Under the pieces are notes generated by a model. That model saw only the letters and a list, made by a program, of their open reading frames with translations. It made no database searches and was not told the origin of the DNA. A stretch of DNA of 64,000 bases from Octopus sinensis (taxonomy: Eukaryota): positions 73,532,001 through 73,596,000 of the forward strand of contig NC_043008.1 in NCBI RefSeq assembly GCF_006345805.1, written 5' to 3'. Shown here piece after piece: positions 40,127 through 53,908 of this stretch. The first letter of the stretch is position 1; every line of letters begins with the position of its first letter. Position numbers and translations under genes: made by a program.

Positions 40127-41919
40127 GTAGTAGTAGTAGTAGTATTAGTAGTAGTAGTAGTAGAAGCAGCAGCAGCAGTAGTAGTAGTAGTAAGGCGGCG
40201 AGCAGACAGAATCGTTAGCGCGTCGGGGAAAAATCTTAGCATCATGTCGTCCGTGTTCACTTTTCTTCAGGGTTATTATGTTTAGTATAGTTATTATCAC
40301 TTCTGTTGCTATAACCAGTAGCAATAGCTTCTATAGCAGTAGTAGTATCAGAAGTAGTAGTGATAGTGGAAGTACTAGTATTATTATTAAGATTAAAAGT
40401 ATTGATATTGTGAAGATTATGATTATTATTACTTCGATAATAATTATAGTTATGTTGCTATTTTTTTTAATGATGTAAAGAAGATATAATTTTACCTAAA
40501 TTAAGCATGTAAGTATAGGAGAATTGTATTGTGTGTTTATTACATATTTTGCGGTATTAATTATTAGGCTGGACGTGTTTCTAATAGTTCAATATATAGA
40601 AAAGGTATTTTAGTGACTACATGACAATTAAATGGAGCATTGTACCATTTGATCTTTTCATTAAGTGATTTATCAGATTTGTAACATTTATTATCATTAT
40701 TAATTATAAACTTATTAGTAGATTTATAACAATAATTATTAGTGTTATTAGAATTATATCTATTTTCGTTAAATTTATCATTGACGTACTTATTATTTGA
40801 TTTATGGGTTTGGTCATAGTTAATTTGTTTATTTTTAGATTTCTAAATCTTTTGACATTCTATGTTTATGGAATTATATTTTAATTTATTAAGTGGCTTA
40901 TCATCTGTTTATTATTTCTAGTACCTAATTCTTGTTTATTGTTTATATTATTATTGATATACACTATTTAATCTTTATATCCAGCTCCAGAAAGAGCTGA
41001 ATTATAGTAGGAAACAGCTGACATTTCACCCTATTCAGCCATATCTTGCTATGTTTGGTCGGGATCCATATTCATGAATGTTTAATATACAATCTAATTT
41101 GGTGCAGGCTTTGCTGTGTACTTAAGATATCTTCGTAAATATGTCTTGGAATTCGATCTCCTTACCGTCGCACGTAAGACAATAATCTATCATTTATTGT
41201 TGATTAACGTTTTGGAAGTGGAATTTTAAAAACGAAGATGTTTCGTTCGCTTCTCATATGTACCTCCGAAAGCTGAATAAAACAGAACATTCAGTTAAAA
41301 TCTTTATCATACCATTATAAATTGCCAAATATTTACACGCCTTTCACTAGCGTATATTATCATGATATTCAGTAACTATGCATAGAACATTGCATAATCA
41401 CCTTTGAATTCTATATCAGCAGATATATCTAATCCATTCCTTTCCGTTACGGTTATCTATAGAACAATCCCTTGTATATACATTCAGATCTCACTTTCGC
41501 TCTGTTTATCAACGTCAGTCGATAGCTAAAAATGGAGTGACTTGCATTTTGTTAATGGTATAGCGTTCTAGGGTGACTATACAATTGTCGACATACAAGT
41601 ACACGCTAGTGTAAATATTATGTAAATAATGGTGTTATGATAAAAATTTTAACCAAATCCTCCCAGATACTTACCCTGATTTATTGCTGTGCATATAATA
41701 CTTAACAAACATCCAAAGATAACTAATATTTACACCTAGTTGGAACTTTGATATACATGAATATTACGCGGAATTCTAGGCTACAGGTAACTGTTATGCT
41801 GTATAATTCGTATACTAGCTTTAACATTCAGTCATACACACACACACTTATATGTATGTGTACACATACACACACACACACACACACATATATACATATA
41901 TATGTATATATATATATTT

Positions 41920-42135
41920 ATTCTTTTATTTGTTTCAGTCATTTGACTGCGGCCATGCTGGAGCATCGCATTTAGTGGAAGAAATCGATCCCAGGACTTA
42001 CTCTTTGTAAGCCTAGTGCTTATCCTATCGGTATTTTTTGATGAACCGCTAAGTTACGGGAACATAAACACCCAACGTCGGTTGTCAAGTGATGGTCGGG
42101 TGACCAGCACAAACGCACAAACTTACACACACACA
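41920..42135 (-). mobile_element. SINE family B 3' part
   Basis: tttgtttcagtcatttgactgcggccatgctggagc...cggttgtcaag. Confidence 0.85.
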
Positions 42136-42524
42136 CATATTCAGAAAGAAATATTGCAAAAACTCACATTGAAGTCAGCGAAAGCTGTTTTAATGTATTA
42201 GAGTTCAAAGAACAGAGCTTTTATAATATATTTCAGTCCACAGTACAAGCCATTACAAAATATTACTGTTGGTCAGTCCTTATTGGTTGAAAATCCAGTG
42301 TTGGAGATCGAAGTCGTCACTTACCTTGGTTCATTGCAAATCCTCATGAAGGCGAACAAAACAAAAATGAGGTCACTCTTTCTATCTTCTTGTGTTGTTG
42401 TTTACTGTTTACGTTGGTTGTTGTCGTAAACCCTTAAAAGGCGACAGACTGGCAGAAAGGAAGGAAGAGGAAGTCAGAATGTTACTCCATTCTGCCTGTC
42501 GTTTCAGCAGCAACGGAGAAAGAC

Positions 42525-42540
42525 AGAATGACGTCATTCT
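42525..42540. promoter_or_regulatory. Palindromic CRE-like site (TGACGTCA within a 16-bp palindrome)
   Basis: AGAATGACGTCATTCT in non-repetitive sequence; function untested. Confidence 0.35.
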
Positions 42541-43003
42541 AATACGTTCTAGTGAAAGGTATAAGCATTACACGTCTCTGGTCCTGGTCATCTTATCTTA
42601 CAAAACTCCTTTCATTAACTAACTTTAGCTTTGAGGGACTTTGGTTTTTATAATTATTGTAGAATTGCAATAAAGTGAGGCATATCACCGAGAACAATGG
42701 GAAAAACTGCTGTAGGCGATTCTTATCTATTTTCAGCTTTTGGTGGTATAGAAGATGTTAAAAGGGTTCAGTGGAAAAGGAGTGTCGCAGCTGTCAACTC
42801 TTGTTTCTCCGTGAGAAATTGCCGTTGTAAATTAAAGGGGAATTCCATAGCTTCAGGTTCGAATCTACACGCCCTAACGAAATCCACTAATATTTCTTCC
42901 CAAGGAAAACACACTTTCATAACAGTGTGTATGTATGTGCATATATATCTATATGTGTGTGTGTGTGTGTGTACGTATGTATGTATGTATGTATGTATGT
43001 ATG

Positions 43004-43047
<44 letters not shown>

Positions 43048-44231
43048 GGCACACCGGTCGTTTCCACAGTACATCATTATCATGATAGCGATGATAATGA
43101 CATGAAATCGAACATGTTCGTGTCTGCTTTCAAAAGAATGTATGTGTTTACGAATCAGGATGTGCATGTGCTTGTGTATTGACGGGTCAAAAGAGGACTA
43201 ACAGTAAAATAGACAGTGGTTGAGTATGAGTTCTGATCGCCTTATATACTAACGAAGTTGGTCACCCTATTCTTTATACGTAACATACCTTCGACTATAG
43301 CAAACACACGTATATAAAGTGGAAATTCTATAGAACCCGCACACGCCGCACAGTACACTATTTCACTGATACTAGAAATATCACCATTGTCCAAATATCG
43401 AAACCAGTAAATGAATAAAAAGCTAGATTTGTACTATACATTTTCTATTAGCGAGAACTTTAAAGGAAATTCTTGCCAAACTGATTCTCTCTACCATTCC
43501 ATGCAACAGTACCTTTACTTACTTGTAACAATACAGTTTCATGTAGTTTTAATAGAAACTGTTAAAACTTCTGCTTCAATTTCTTAACGACGGAACATAA
43601 TGAAGTTTATTTGGTAATCAAAGGAATCGTCAAAAACACAAATGCGATTTAGAAAGACATTTAAACAATTAGAATGTTTTGGAAAGTTTGTCTGCTCTGA
43701 TGAATATTTACTGAGAATATTTATAGTGTCGCGTTTAGCACTGCTGCAGCGGAATGATAAATTGTTCTTCTAACTACAATGACGTGCTGTATCATATTAG
43801 AGACGTTGCATTTAATCTAGTTACTACGTAGTGGTTTCTCAAAACAGAATCTACCGCAGAAATAAGTACATATGAAATGCAGCTTTGATGATCAAAAAAG
43901 AATCGGCAAATCTAACAGCGGACCGTGAGAAACTTTGATGCAGCTTTGGTGAGGTGTGATTTCTAACAACGAAACCTTGCTATAGAAATGTCTAAAATCC
44001 TAAAAGTTGAAAACAATATTTGCAGAAAACTATATTTCTTTAATCTAATTTAGTTAAATATGTGACTGAGATAGTTGGATAACATAGTTAAAATCTCTTA
44101 TTCACAATATCTTCAAATTTCGACAACACAAGAAATCCTATCTAGAGATTCAGCAGAAGTTATTGCCAAGAACAGATCGATTCATTGACGAAGCAATAAT
44201 ATTAATATTTTGTGTCTTTCTTCCTTTCAAG

Positions 44232-44285
44232 CTCAATTGACAATTCTAATATCAATCGTAATAATTCTAATAGTAATAATTCAAG
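44232..44285 (+). CDS. Candidate 54-nt symmetric coding exon (Asn/Ser-rich) of an unidentified host gene
   Basis: Acceptor tttgtgtctttcttcctttcaag, donor AAG|GTGAGG, length divisible by 3, open in the phase-2 frame (SIDNSNINRNNSNSNNS). No homology recognised. Confidence 0.3.
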
Positions 44286-44940
44286 GTGAGGACGGATGAT
44301 GGGGACGATGCAAAAACAGACACGAAGTGTAGAAGATTTACATAAAATCGAATAAATAACAGAAATTATGAAATAAATGTATATGTAGTTTACAACACTG
44401 AGAAGAGGATGATGAGGAGGTGGATAATACTTATGATATTCTCTTGATACTGAACAACCTAGACTATCAATCTGGGAAGTCTACCATCGAAATCTCTCTG
44501 AATAACAAGAGCAAATGCCCTTCCCAATCTCTCTCATTTTATTTCTCCGACTGGTCCATTCTGTGCCTTTTTCATCACTCTTATCCAAATCTCTCATAAT
44601 GATCTCTTGGGCAGCACTTCCTTGTTCACCGTCACTATTCTTTTCAAGTGAAACTTGAAATATTCGATGAGTGTTCTATCAAAGAGTACGATCCTTTATG
44701 TCCTCATGCCTCCTTCGTTATAGCCACCAGGGAAAACAAAATTGCCTTCCCTGCCAAGTTAAAGAAAGACAGCGATATGTGGAAGACATCTCGATGAACT
44801 CGGTTTATAGCAGAATCTTTACCACAGCAGTTCGATATAATTCCACTAGTTAGAAATGCCGATAATGTGAGCGAGCGGGCGCGGAAAATGTAGTCACTCT
44901 TCGAACATCTTAGACAGGCCCGACTGAAGACACTTCTATG

Positions 44941-44989
<49 letters not shown>

Positions 44990-45751
44990 AATCAGTAGAG
45001 CTCTTCAGTAGCACTACCTGGTCAAGTTTCCTATAGCAGTCCCCGAGCTAAGAGTCGTTTGAAACTAATTACTAAGTCATCCTGAAACTGAATAGAATGT
45101 ATACTACAATAAGTGCCATAAATTTCTATTAATTGCAACTTACATCTTTAACATCGTCAACTGGAACATACACAAAATTAAATGTATTCAAAAGATATTG
45201 ATATGGGGCACAATGTGTCTTCCTAAGACAGATGACCGTTGTCTGTAACTTCGGAGAAATAAGGTAAGCAGAAAAATGGCAAAACTTGAACACACACAAA
45301 AAAAAACCAAAGAAAAGCATTATGGTTATTTAGATGTCTAAGAAGATTGTATGTTGCAGTACGTTCTACAGCACGAAACAAATATCCACTCAATAGCAAT
45401 AAAAGGTAAAAAAATATGCGACTGAATTTAATGCCAGACTATGAAATAAGTGAGCAACAGAGAAAAACCTAATGCCATCCATGCTAGAAACATCAAGCAC
45501 CTAGTGAAAATGCAAGGCTAAAGCAATTACGAGACTGATGGCGACAAAAAACTCGACAATGACAGTAACTACACCGATGCAAAGCAACCAATATAAATCA
45601 GAAAAAGATCCATTTGAGGCTGAAGATATTAGAACTAAAAGCCGAGACAGGAAGATTCATACGAAAAACATAAGATCAAAACTTTCTTAGCGGAAACTTT
45701 CAAGAACATATTTTTTAGAAAAATGACGTACACCCAAAATGCAGTTATTCT

Positions 45752-46005
45752 CTTTTACTCTTTTACTTGTTTCAGTCATTTGACTGTGGCCATGCTGGAG
45801 CACCGCCTTTAGTCGAGAAAATCGACCCCAGGCCTTATTCTTTGTAAGCCTTGTACTTATTCTATCGGTCTCTTTTGCCGAACTGCTAAGTTACGGAGAC
45901 GTAAACACACCAGCATCGGTTGTCAAGCAATGTTGTGTGTGTGTGTGTGGGGGGGACAAACATAGACACACTAACATATACACAGACATACATATATATA
46001 TATGG
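45752..46005 (-). mobile_element. SINE family B 3' part
   Basis: ctcttttacttgtttcagtcatttgactgtggccatgctggagcaccgcc...catcggttgtcaagc. Confidence 0.9.
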
Positions 46006-46009
46006 GCTT

Positions 46010-47050
46010 GCAGTTCTTGCATGCCGGCCCGCCGTTCATCCAGAAAATTCGAGCGAAGTGTTGGTGAAATGCTGTACGCATTTGCTCGGGCTCAAGTAGC
46101 ATGTGTCAATTATTGTCCACCAAAGACCAAATTCTGATTGTTGCTACGTTGTCCTTGGCTGAGTCCATCGAGCGCTTCCTGTCACATCGCATCTTAGAGC
46201 ACGCGCCTTTGTTTAGATACTATAATCAATGAGCCTTTGCTGAAGAATTGGTTCAGGGCTCATCTCGTCGTGAGCACATCGGTTGCAATGAATTTCCTAA
46301 ACATGTTTCAGACTCTATTCTATTTTTTTGATCACCTTTATCAAGGAAAACCACGATTTATTGTTGACGATTGCCCCAGTCGACACCTGCTTAACAAGTT
46401 CATTAATGTAGTTTCTGGATCTTTGGCCAGTTGTACTGAAGCATGCGGCTTTGAATAAAGGGCTTCCTGCTTATAAAATCTGTCCAGATCGAACGCACAA
46501 ATCACAATTTTTTTACCTGTAAAGCCCAAGATTTTAAAATATGAACAACCTAAGCTATCTTTATAAACTGGTGATGAGAATACTCTGAGCATGTTTACGA
46601 CGCTTTTGCACCATTCTCCTATTAGTGAGCGCCCAAGAATCGCGCTCCACTAGCGTGAAAGAACAGAAAGTTCACAGGAAAACCTCCAGACACCTGAAGA
46701 AATCTGGTTGTTTCAAACCTAGCAGAGCATAAATAACTACTAGTCTGAAGGTACCCTCTTCACTACTGCTTACATTCAGTTCCACCAATTAGACCAAGGA
46801 AATGGTCCATATCATGAATGTAGACCTTACTGTAACAACATTCTAACTCCATCTCACTCGCCCGATTGACTTGGAGATGAATAATTCTCGTTTCCACCAA
46901 AAATAGGCATAACTTGTGAATCAGAAGCTCTGGTCTCGCTGATGGCAACCACAGGAGGCAATTGAGCTAATGAACCTGTTCAAATTTGTATCCAGGCCAC
47001 GCGCACTCTCAATACGTATTTTGAGCATAACCATATTTGTCAAGAGGGTA
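46010..47050 (-). mobile_element. Tx1/L1-like LINE fragment (APE endonuclease region), decayed
   Basis: Frameshifted minus translation MLKIRIESARGL...VAISETRASD...GVRMLL...FRLVVIYA...DFFRCLEVFL resembles APE motifs of L1/Tx1-clade elements. Confidence 0.55.
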
Positions 47051-47379
47051 AAAGAAAAATATCTCTTACTTTATTCCTATGAAGAGACAAGTGTTTTGTC
47101 CCGCATGCCAACTTTGAATGTGCCCACAGATTTTAAATAGTCTTTTGTTTATATTTGCCTTAAAGTCTCCTATTCTTTTGGGTTATGCATTTCCTAAAAT
47201 GTTGTGATGTTTGAACGATGTTAAAGTTTGGTGGACTGTAATGTAGTTGTTGGGTGATGCTTGTATTTTGGTTTATGTGGTTTATGTGGCCCATTATGTT
47301 TTTATTGTTTGCATTTACGGCTCTATAGTTAACGATTTTGTTCGTGTTGGCATTCGTTTTGCCGGCAATTTCAAACAAT

Positions 47380-48250
47380 CATTGTTTCCCTTGTGTCATC
47401 TATAGAGAGTATTTGTTATTATTTAAGAAATCAACTAGCAACACAGCAATCCCTTTGAGTAAGGAGACCAATTTCTTGAACCAGTAAAGTAGGCCATTAC
47501 CTGTCCCCGTTATTTTCCATCTGAAGATTTTATGACAATGTTTTTACTCTCAGCCATTTCCTTAATCTGTATATCGTCTTGGGTAGAAACTACTTTACGT
47601 CTTATAATTATTCTAACCACTCAAATTGTACATTGATATTCTCTATTGTTCCTCGAACGTCATTTCAGCCTCTGTAACCCCAAATCTGTGTCTGATACTT
47701 CATATTAATTCATGATAAGTTTCATTCAGGTAAATACTAAATGTGCCGTTTTACCTACATTGATATATTAGTTGTCCATACCGCTTAATGTTAACTTTTT
47801 TCACATACATTCTTTGTTGCCCTTTTTCTATACATCATTGCCAGGCCTTCTTTGCTTTATATGGTACTTTCTCTCTAGTTTATTATATGATTCCCTAAAC
47901 TGATCAGTTGCACGTAATTCTTCCAAACAATCATGGTTCATTCATTCTAAGATTCTTTCTAGTATTCTATATATTCACAACTCTTAACTAATTGTTTCTA
48001 TTACATTGCAGGGGATAATTTGATTACGGACATTATTTCATCGTAATCTAATTCATTCCACTTCTATCAGCATTTCTTGTAGACTGTACCTATCGAAGTT
48101 ATTGCATCCCTGTTTAATCAGAAGTATATAACCTTGTGCTATTGGGGTAATTTCGTTGTGTGCGTGGTATTAAAAGTATTTCGGCTTGTGTCAGTGAGTA
48201 ATTACTGGTATGCTATTTTTTGCCTCTATAATTACTTAGTACAGATTTCC
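47380..48250 (-). mobile_element. R4/Dong-clade fragment 4 (pre-RT region), highly decayed
   Basis: Minus translation ...KVNIKRYGQLIYQCR*NGTF...WKITGTGNGLLYWFKKLVSLLKGIAVLL resembles the WKAPGPDG..YW.KKLTSL segment preceding the R4 RT. Confidence 0.55.
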
Positions 48251-49028
48251 TAATAGCATCATGCCACACTGGTTACATGTCAAATATTAGATCGTTCATT
48301 CATAGTAACAGTTAGTGGATTACAGCAAGCAGCTTTAGAAACTTTTACAGGTCTCGTAAAGCATTAGGATTGCAATTTCGAATTGCTGCAAGTTTATTTA
48401 TAACAATATTATTTATGTAACGGAAAGAACACGGAGTATGTTTGTTTTAAGTCTACATGTGTATGTATAGATGAAAATATGCGCTTATATGAATGAATCT
48501 GTGAGTAAGTGTATTGGGATGCGTGTCTGGTGTAAGTATGTATATTGGTGAATGTGTGTGTATTTGTGGTCCACTAATCTCTTAACTTAATAACCAATAC
48601 AAAACAAAATAAACAAATACAACGAACAAGATCGCTTAATTGAGATCATAAAGTGTAATGAATATTGATGAGCAATTGTATAAAAGATAAGCGGTGAAAA
48701 AGTGGGAGTATTTTTAGAGCTAATATAAATAGACTGACCGATCAATATAAACAAAAGACAGATAACAGCTAAGTGTAGACTATGGTGAAAGTATTGGCCA
48801 ATTATTTTTAGTTGGATACACATACATATGTATGGGTTAATATCTATATGAATATGCGTGTGTTTGTGTTCGGTTCTATTTCCCCTTACATACACGCACA
48901 CACACCACACACACACACACACATATATCAGTGTGTGTGCTTCCGTGTATTTGTGTGTGTATGTATGCACACACCAGTACTCTCATAGCATTCTAACAAA
49001 GCATCCACGTTAACTAGGATATGAAAAT

Positions 49029-49071
<43 letters not shown>

Positions 49072-51352
49072 TGAATACATACATTTATATAAATGCATAT
49101 ACATACATATTGAAATATATATATGTACATATAAATACACATATATCCATACACACGCATACACATATATATATATATACATATAAATATATATACATAT
49201 ATAGGCATGTACATATGTATATATTTATATACAAACATACACACAACTATGCATTATATACATACATACACACACAAACACAGACATACGCACTCACACA
49301 CACACATACATACATATATATATATATACACTCACATGCATGCAGTATGAGCTTTATGCACGCACAGACACATAAAATTGATGAGTGGTACGAGTTAGGG
49401 TACTGTAGAATTAAATTTGTAGCTATGTATCTTGAACGCAACTACAGCTCCAAAACGCAAAATTTGTTGCTCTGTTTTAAGTGTTTCTGTTGCTTTCGAA
49501 TTTGCCATTATAAGCCGTGAAGCCAGCAATTAACTGGAAGTCGATACCATCGAACATGCCTGCAGTTTGAGACTTCTCCGTATTGGAGAGAGTGAAAAAA
49601 TATGAAAAACAGAAAGAGGTGGTGAGGGTGGTAGTAAGTGTAATCAATAAATCTATCTTCCATTCTGGCTTAGTTTCCCCACCGAATCAGTACAGGATAA
49701 TATGTTTAGGCTTCTTGTTTTATTTAACATCTGCGCCTCTTCAATTTAGCAATCAGATAGTCTAGTTGCCATTTAGACGGCCGAACGTTATAGATCTGTC
49801 TTCATATCCGATTACATCTCCCACGCTATGCCAACCATAGTCGAATTGTTGCATGAAATCAAAGACTGATTCAGATTATATTGTTGACGTTTCTACTGTT
49901 GTTGTTATTCATGATAAGGATGTTCTAGTTGTTTGTGTTCTTACTATCATTATTATTGTTGTTGCTACTGGTGTTGTGGATATTTTACTTTTCCTTTCTC
50001 TTTCCTGATTTCGGTTGAACCATAAATATAATGATAAATGGAAAACTTGTTTAAACACGACGATTTAATGCGACATGTCACATAGGAATATCACGGCTTC
50101 CTGCCACACATGTTGCCCTTTGAAGTCACAACTATAAACGAACGGGAGAATTATGTGCAAGGAACAATAACATGTGTGCCTGGTTATCAAATGGAAGTCA
50201 GGTCATGTTTGAAGAAATCTATGAAAATTCTCGAAAACCTAAACAGCAAATATTAGAATAAAACCTGTCGCAATATTTGTAAAACTGGTTTTAAGCATTG
50301 GGGTAGATAGAGCATGGCGTAGTGAGTTGATGGTTGAAACATGTCATGTGATTGTCGGAACCTGTAAAAGCGAAGGAAATATGTATTATACTATCTCATA
50401 TGAATAATTATAACAGGTTTTAAGTGTTGTTTGGATTTGTTTGCTCTCTTACATGATAAATTGATGTATGTAGATGTAAACGTTCCTTAACTTTATTGCA
50501 ATATCTGTTAGTAATTGAATATGTGTGCTGAATATGAGCATGAATGTTTGCCATTTTTCTTTTCGAAGATTAGACATTTATCTATCAACGGCTACCTCCA
50601 TATAACTATAAATACGCACCATAGACTACCAATAACGGATCAACGCCATAAACAGTGGTACTACTGTATGATTTACGAGTGTTTGTTTTTTCTAGTTATT
50701 TTTTAGCGTTGCAGTATAAATATATATATGTGTGTGTCTATATATATGTATACATACACAAACAAAGTCACAGACAGACTCATACACACACATATATATA
50801 TGTAGACACACATTCAGAATGGTAAGGTTCTGTGCGAATGTACTTTCATGCATCACATAAAAACTTAGTCATTTGTAGCTCCACAACTAAGCAGAGTTTT
50901 ATAAGATTCACAATATATATATATTCACATCTGCGTATATAAGGATGTGTATATAAGGATGTGTGATTAAATGTAAGAACACAAAAATTTATCATTATGT
51001 GCCACGATGTTCTGGAAAAAGGTAATACCTATGTATGTGTGTGTGTGTGTGTGTGTATGTGCACACACACATATAAATATATATGTGTGTATGTATGTAT
51101 GTATGTATTTATATTATAGTACATGTGTGTATGTATTCATATTATAGTACATGTGTGTGTGCATCTATGTATGTATGCATTTATCTGTAAAACCTTAGAG
51201 ATACGTATATGATATGCGTCATACATGTGAAGTATATACACATACACACAGATACACGTAGTTTATAGATGAGAGACAAATATTCTACATATAGAATACA
51301 CTTCGTAGTGATCAAGTTTATACATAAAGATATGTAAATGTGTATATATATG

Positions 51353-51385
<33 letters not shown>

Positions 51386-51441
51386 ACATATATATACATA
51401 TATATACTTATATTTATATATATATATATATATAATATATA

Positions 51442-51572
<131 letters not shown>

Positions 51573-52226
51573 CTATATGATTGTATACTATTGTCGGAGC
51601 AGGTTGTGTTTTAAATATGGTTATGTAATAAGTGATGTTTTGCGTTTTCACTATCGGGGGTAATGAACATCTTCATCCTACCTGTATGTAGGCACTAGTA
51701 GAGGGATCGGTGAAGCTTCCAATATTGTTTTATAAAAGGAATTCCTGATTGCTCATGAATCTCTCTCTCTCTCTCTCTCTCTCACACATGTATATAAACA
51801 CATACACTCACCCACATGTGTGTGTCCATATATATTATATCATATTATATTATATTACATTATATTATGTTATATATATAACAGAGGCTCACGCCCAGCA
51901 ATGAGTACGTTATTTTATCGAACCTGAAGCGATGGAAGGAAAAGTTGACCTTGGTGAAATCTAAACTGACAATGCAAAGAGACAGAAGAATGCCGAAAGG
52001 CATTTGTATGATGCTTTAATGACTTGGACAGGAAGACAAAATAAAATTGGATAGTGCCGGTGTCCTATAGATAAGTGTGTGTGCATAAGATATGTATGTG
52101 TGTGTGTATGTGTGCGTGTGTTTAGTTGAAGGACCTAATGTATGTCTTTAGGTGCTACATATAGTTTCATATGTTGAGAAATATCTCAAACATATTCTTC
52201 AGGCACAAACTACATATCATAGTTTT

Positions 52227-52274
52227 AAGGCGGCGAGCTGGCAGAAACGTTAGCGCGCCGGGCAAAATGCTTAG
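52227..52274 (+). mobile_element. SINE family A head only
   Basis: aaggcggcgagctggcagaaacgttagcgcgccgggcaaaatgcttag, joined directly to the RTE 5' UTR. Confidence 0.8.
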
Positions 52275-53880
52275 GCAGGTCTGGAAAGCTGGAAGCCTCT
52301 AGTCCGTGACCACACATCGGCAGCGAATCTTCGATAGTCGCTCTCCAATGAATAGCGGTGACATTGAAGTTCGGCAGCTGGCCTTTTTAGGATTACCGCC
52401 GCCTACCCCTTAAGGAGGAGAACCTAGAAAAGCTGGAGTAAACATCGGACACGGCAACTCGGTCTGGCCAACATACCGCGGCTGGGTGATCTCCCACTCA
52501 GTGGTCGGAACTCCCACTTAGCGGTCAGAACTCTACTTGTACCTATCCACCATCGACTACTAAATCCTTTGTTTCACAGCCTCTCAATTTCTGGAACATC
52601 CGCACTCTCCAGGACAAGAGTGATATTAATCACCCGGTGCGACGTACAGCCCTCGGCTGCTAGGAAGTTGCCTGCTTCAACATCGACGTGGCAGCCTTGA
52701 GCGAGACTAGGCTACTCGGAGAAGGCAGCTTCAGAGAAACTGGTTCCAAATACACCATTTTTTAGAAAGGGAAGAATCCTATCGAACCACACATCCATGG
52801 AGTTGCTTTGCCATCAAAACGAAACACGTGGATCAACATAGACTGGTCCCATCTGCTGACCCCATACCTGATAACTGCTCGTATCCTGCTCATTCGGGAC
52901 AGATACCTTACGCTAATGTCTGTGCACGCCCCTGCTCTCTGTGGAACGGTGTTCTTGGCCATCACAGCATTGGGAAATGCAATGCCAATGGCCAGCTCCT
53001 CCGGAACTCATCACCAACTCCCTATTTCGTCGCCCTACCCGACAAAAGATGACATGAAAACACCCACGGTCCTAAACACTCGCACATCCTCGACTATGTT
53101 CTGATAAGATTCAAGGCCAGATAAGATGTACATATCACCCATTTCTGCACATGGCTGCTGGACGGATCACCGCCTTCTTATTTCTCACCTTGACATTAAG
53201 ATCCACCGTCCATCAGTGCGTGTTTCAGCAAGGATACGTTGCTTCGACGCTTTTTCTGCGCCAAACGCCAGAACTCACAAGCATCCCAAGATTTCAGGGA
53301 ATCCATTAAGAGACACCTGATGGACCTCCCGGAACCGACCTCCATTGAGGATCGCTGGACCAGCCTTCGTGATGCCATGACCGCTGCCGCTGAGGATACG
53401 ATCGACTTTGCCCAGAAAGAGCCAAGGTTGGTGTGTCTAGAATGATGAAACCATCTCATCGATGCAAAACTCCGGATGCGCCTCACCCTCGAGAATCATG
53501 CCACTGCGGAGAACAAACGAAAACACCAGCAAGCATCAGTGGAATGCCAGCGAGGAAGTAGAGAAGCTCAGAACATCTGGTGGTAGAGAAAAGCAGAGAA
53601 GATGCAAAACAATTCGGACCAACGAGACTTGCGCCGCTTTTATGCTGCAACCAAGGAGATCTTCGGCCCCACAAGGTCATCAGTTGGTGGCCTGAAGAAT
53701 GCAGCTAGCTCTACGATAACCTATACCCAGAGAATCATTGATCGCTGGAAGTCCCATTTCGAGAGCCTTCTTAACGACCACTCACGAACTCTAGACGATC
53801 ACTTCCAAAACACCCTACAGCTCCCTATCCACCATTGGATGTCCCTGCCGCCCATGAGTTCAACAAAGCATTCCAGCACA
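52275..53880 (+). mobile_element. RTE-clade LINE, 5' UTR plus APE endonuclease and tether, 3'-truncated
   Basis: NFWNIRTLQD...RRTAL...FNIDVAALSETRLLGEGSFRETGSKYTIF; GKCNANGQLL; CWTDHRLLISHL; DLRRFYAATKEIFGPT...IIDRWKSHFESLLN. Frameshifted, and ends before the RT. Confidence 0.9.
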
Positions 53881-53908
53881 TCTATATAGATAGATCGATC
53901 GATAGATT

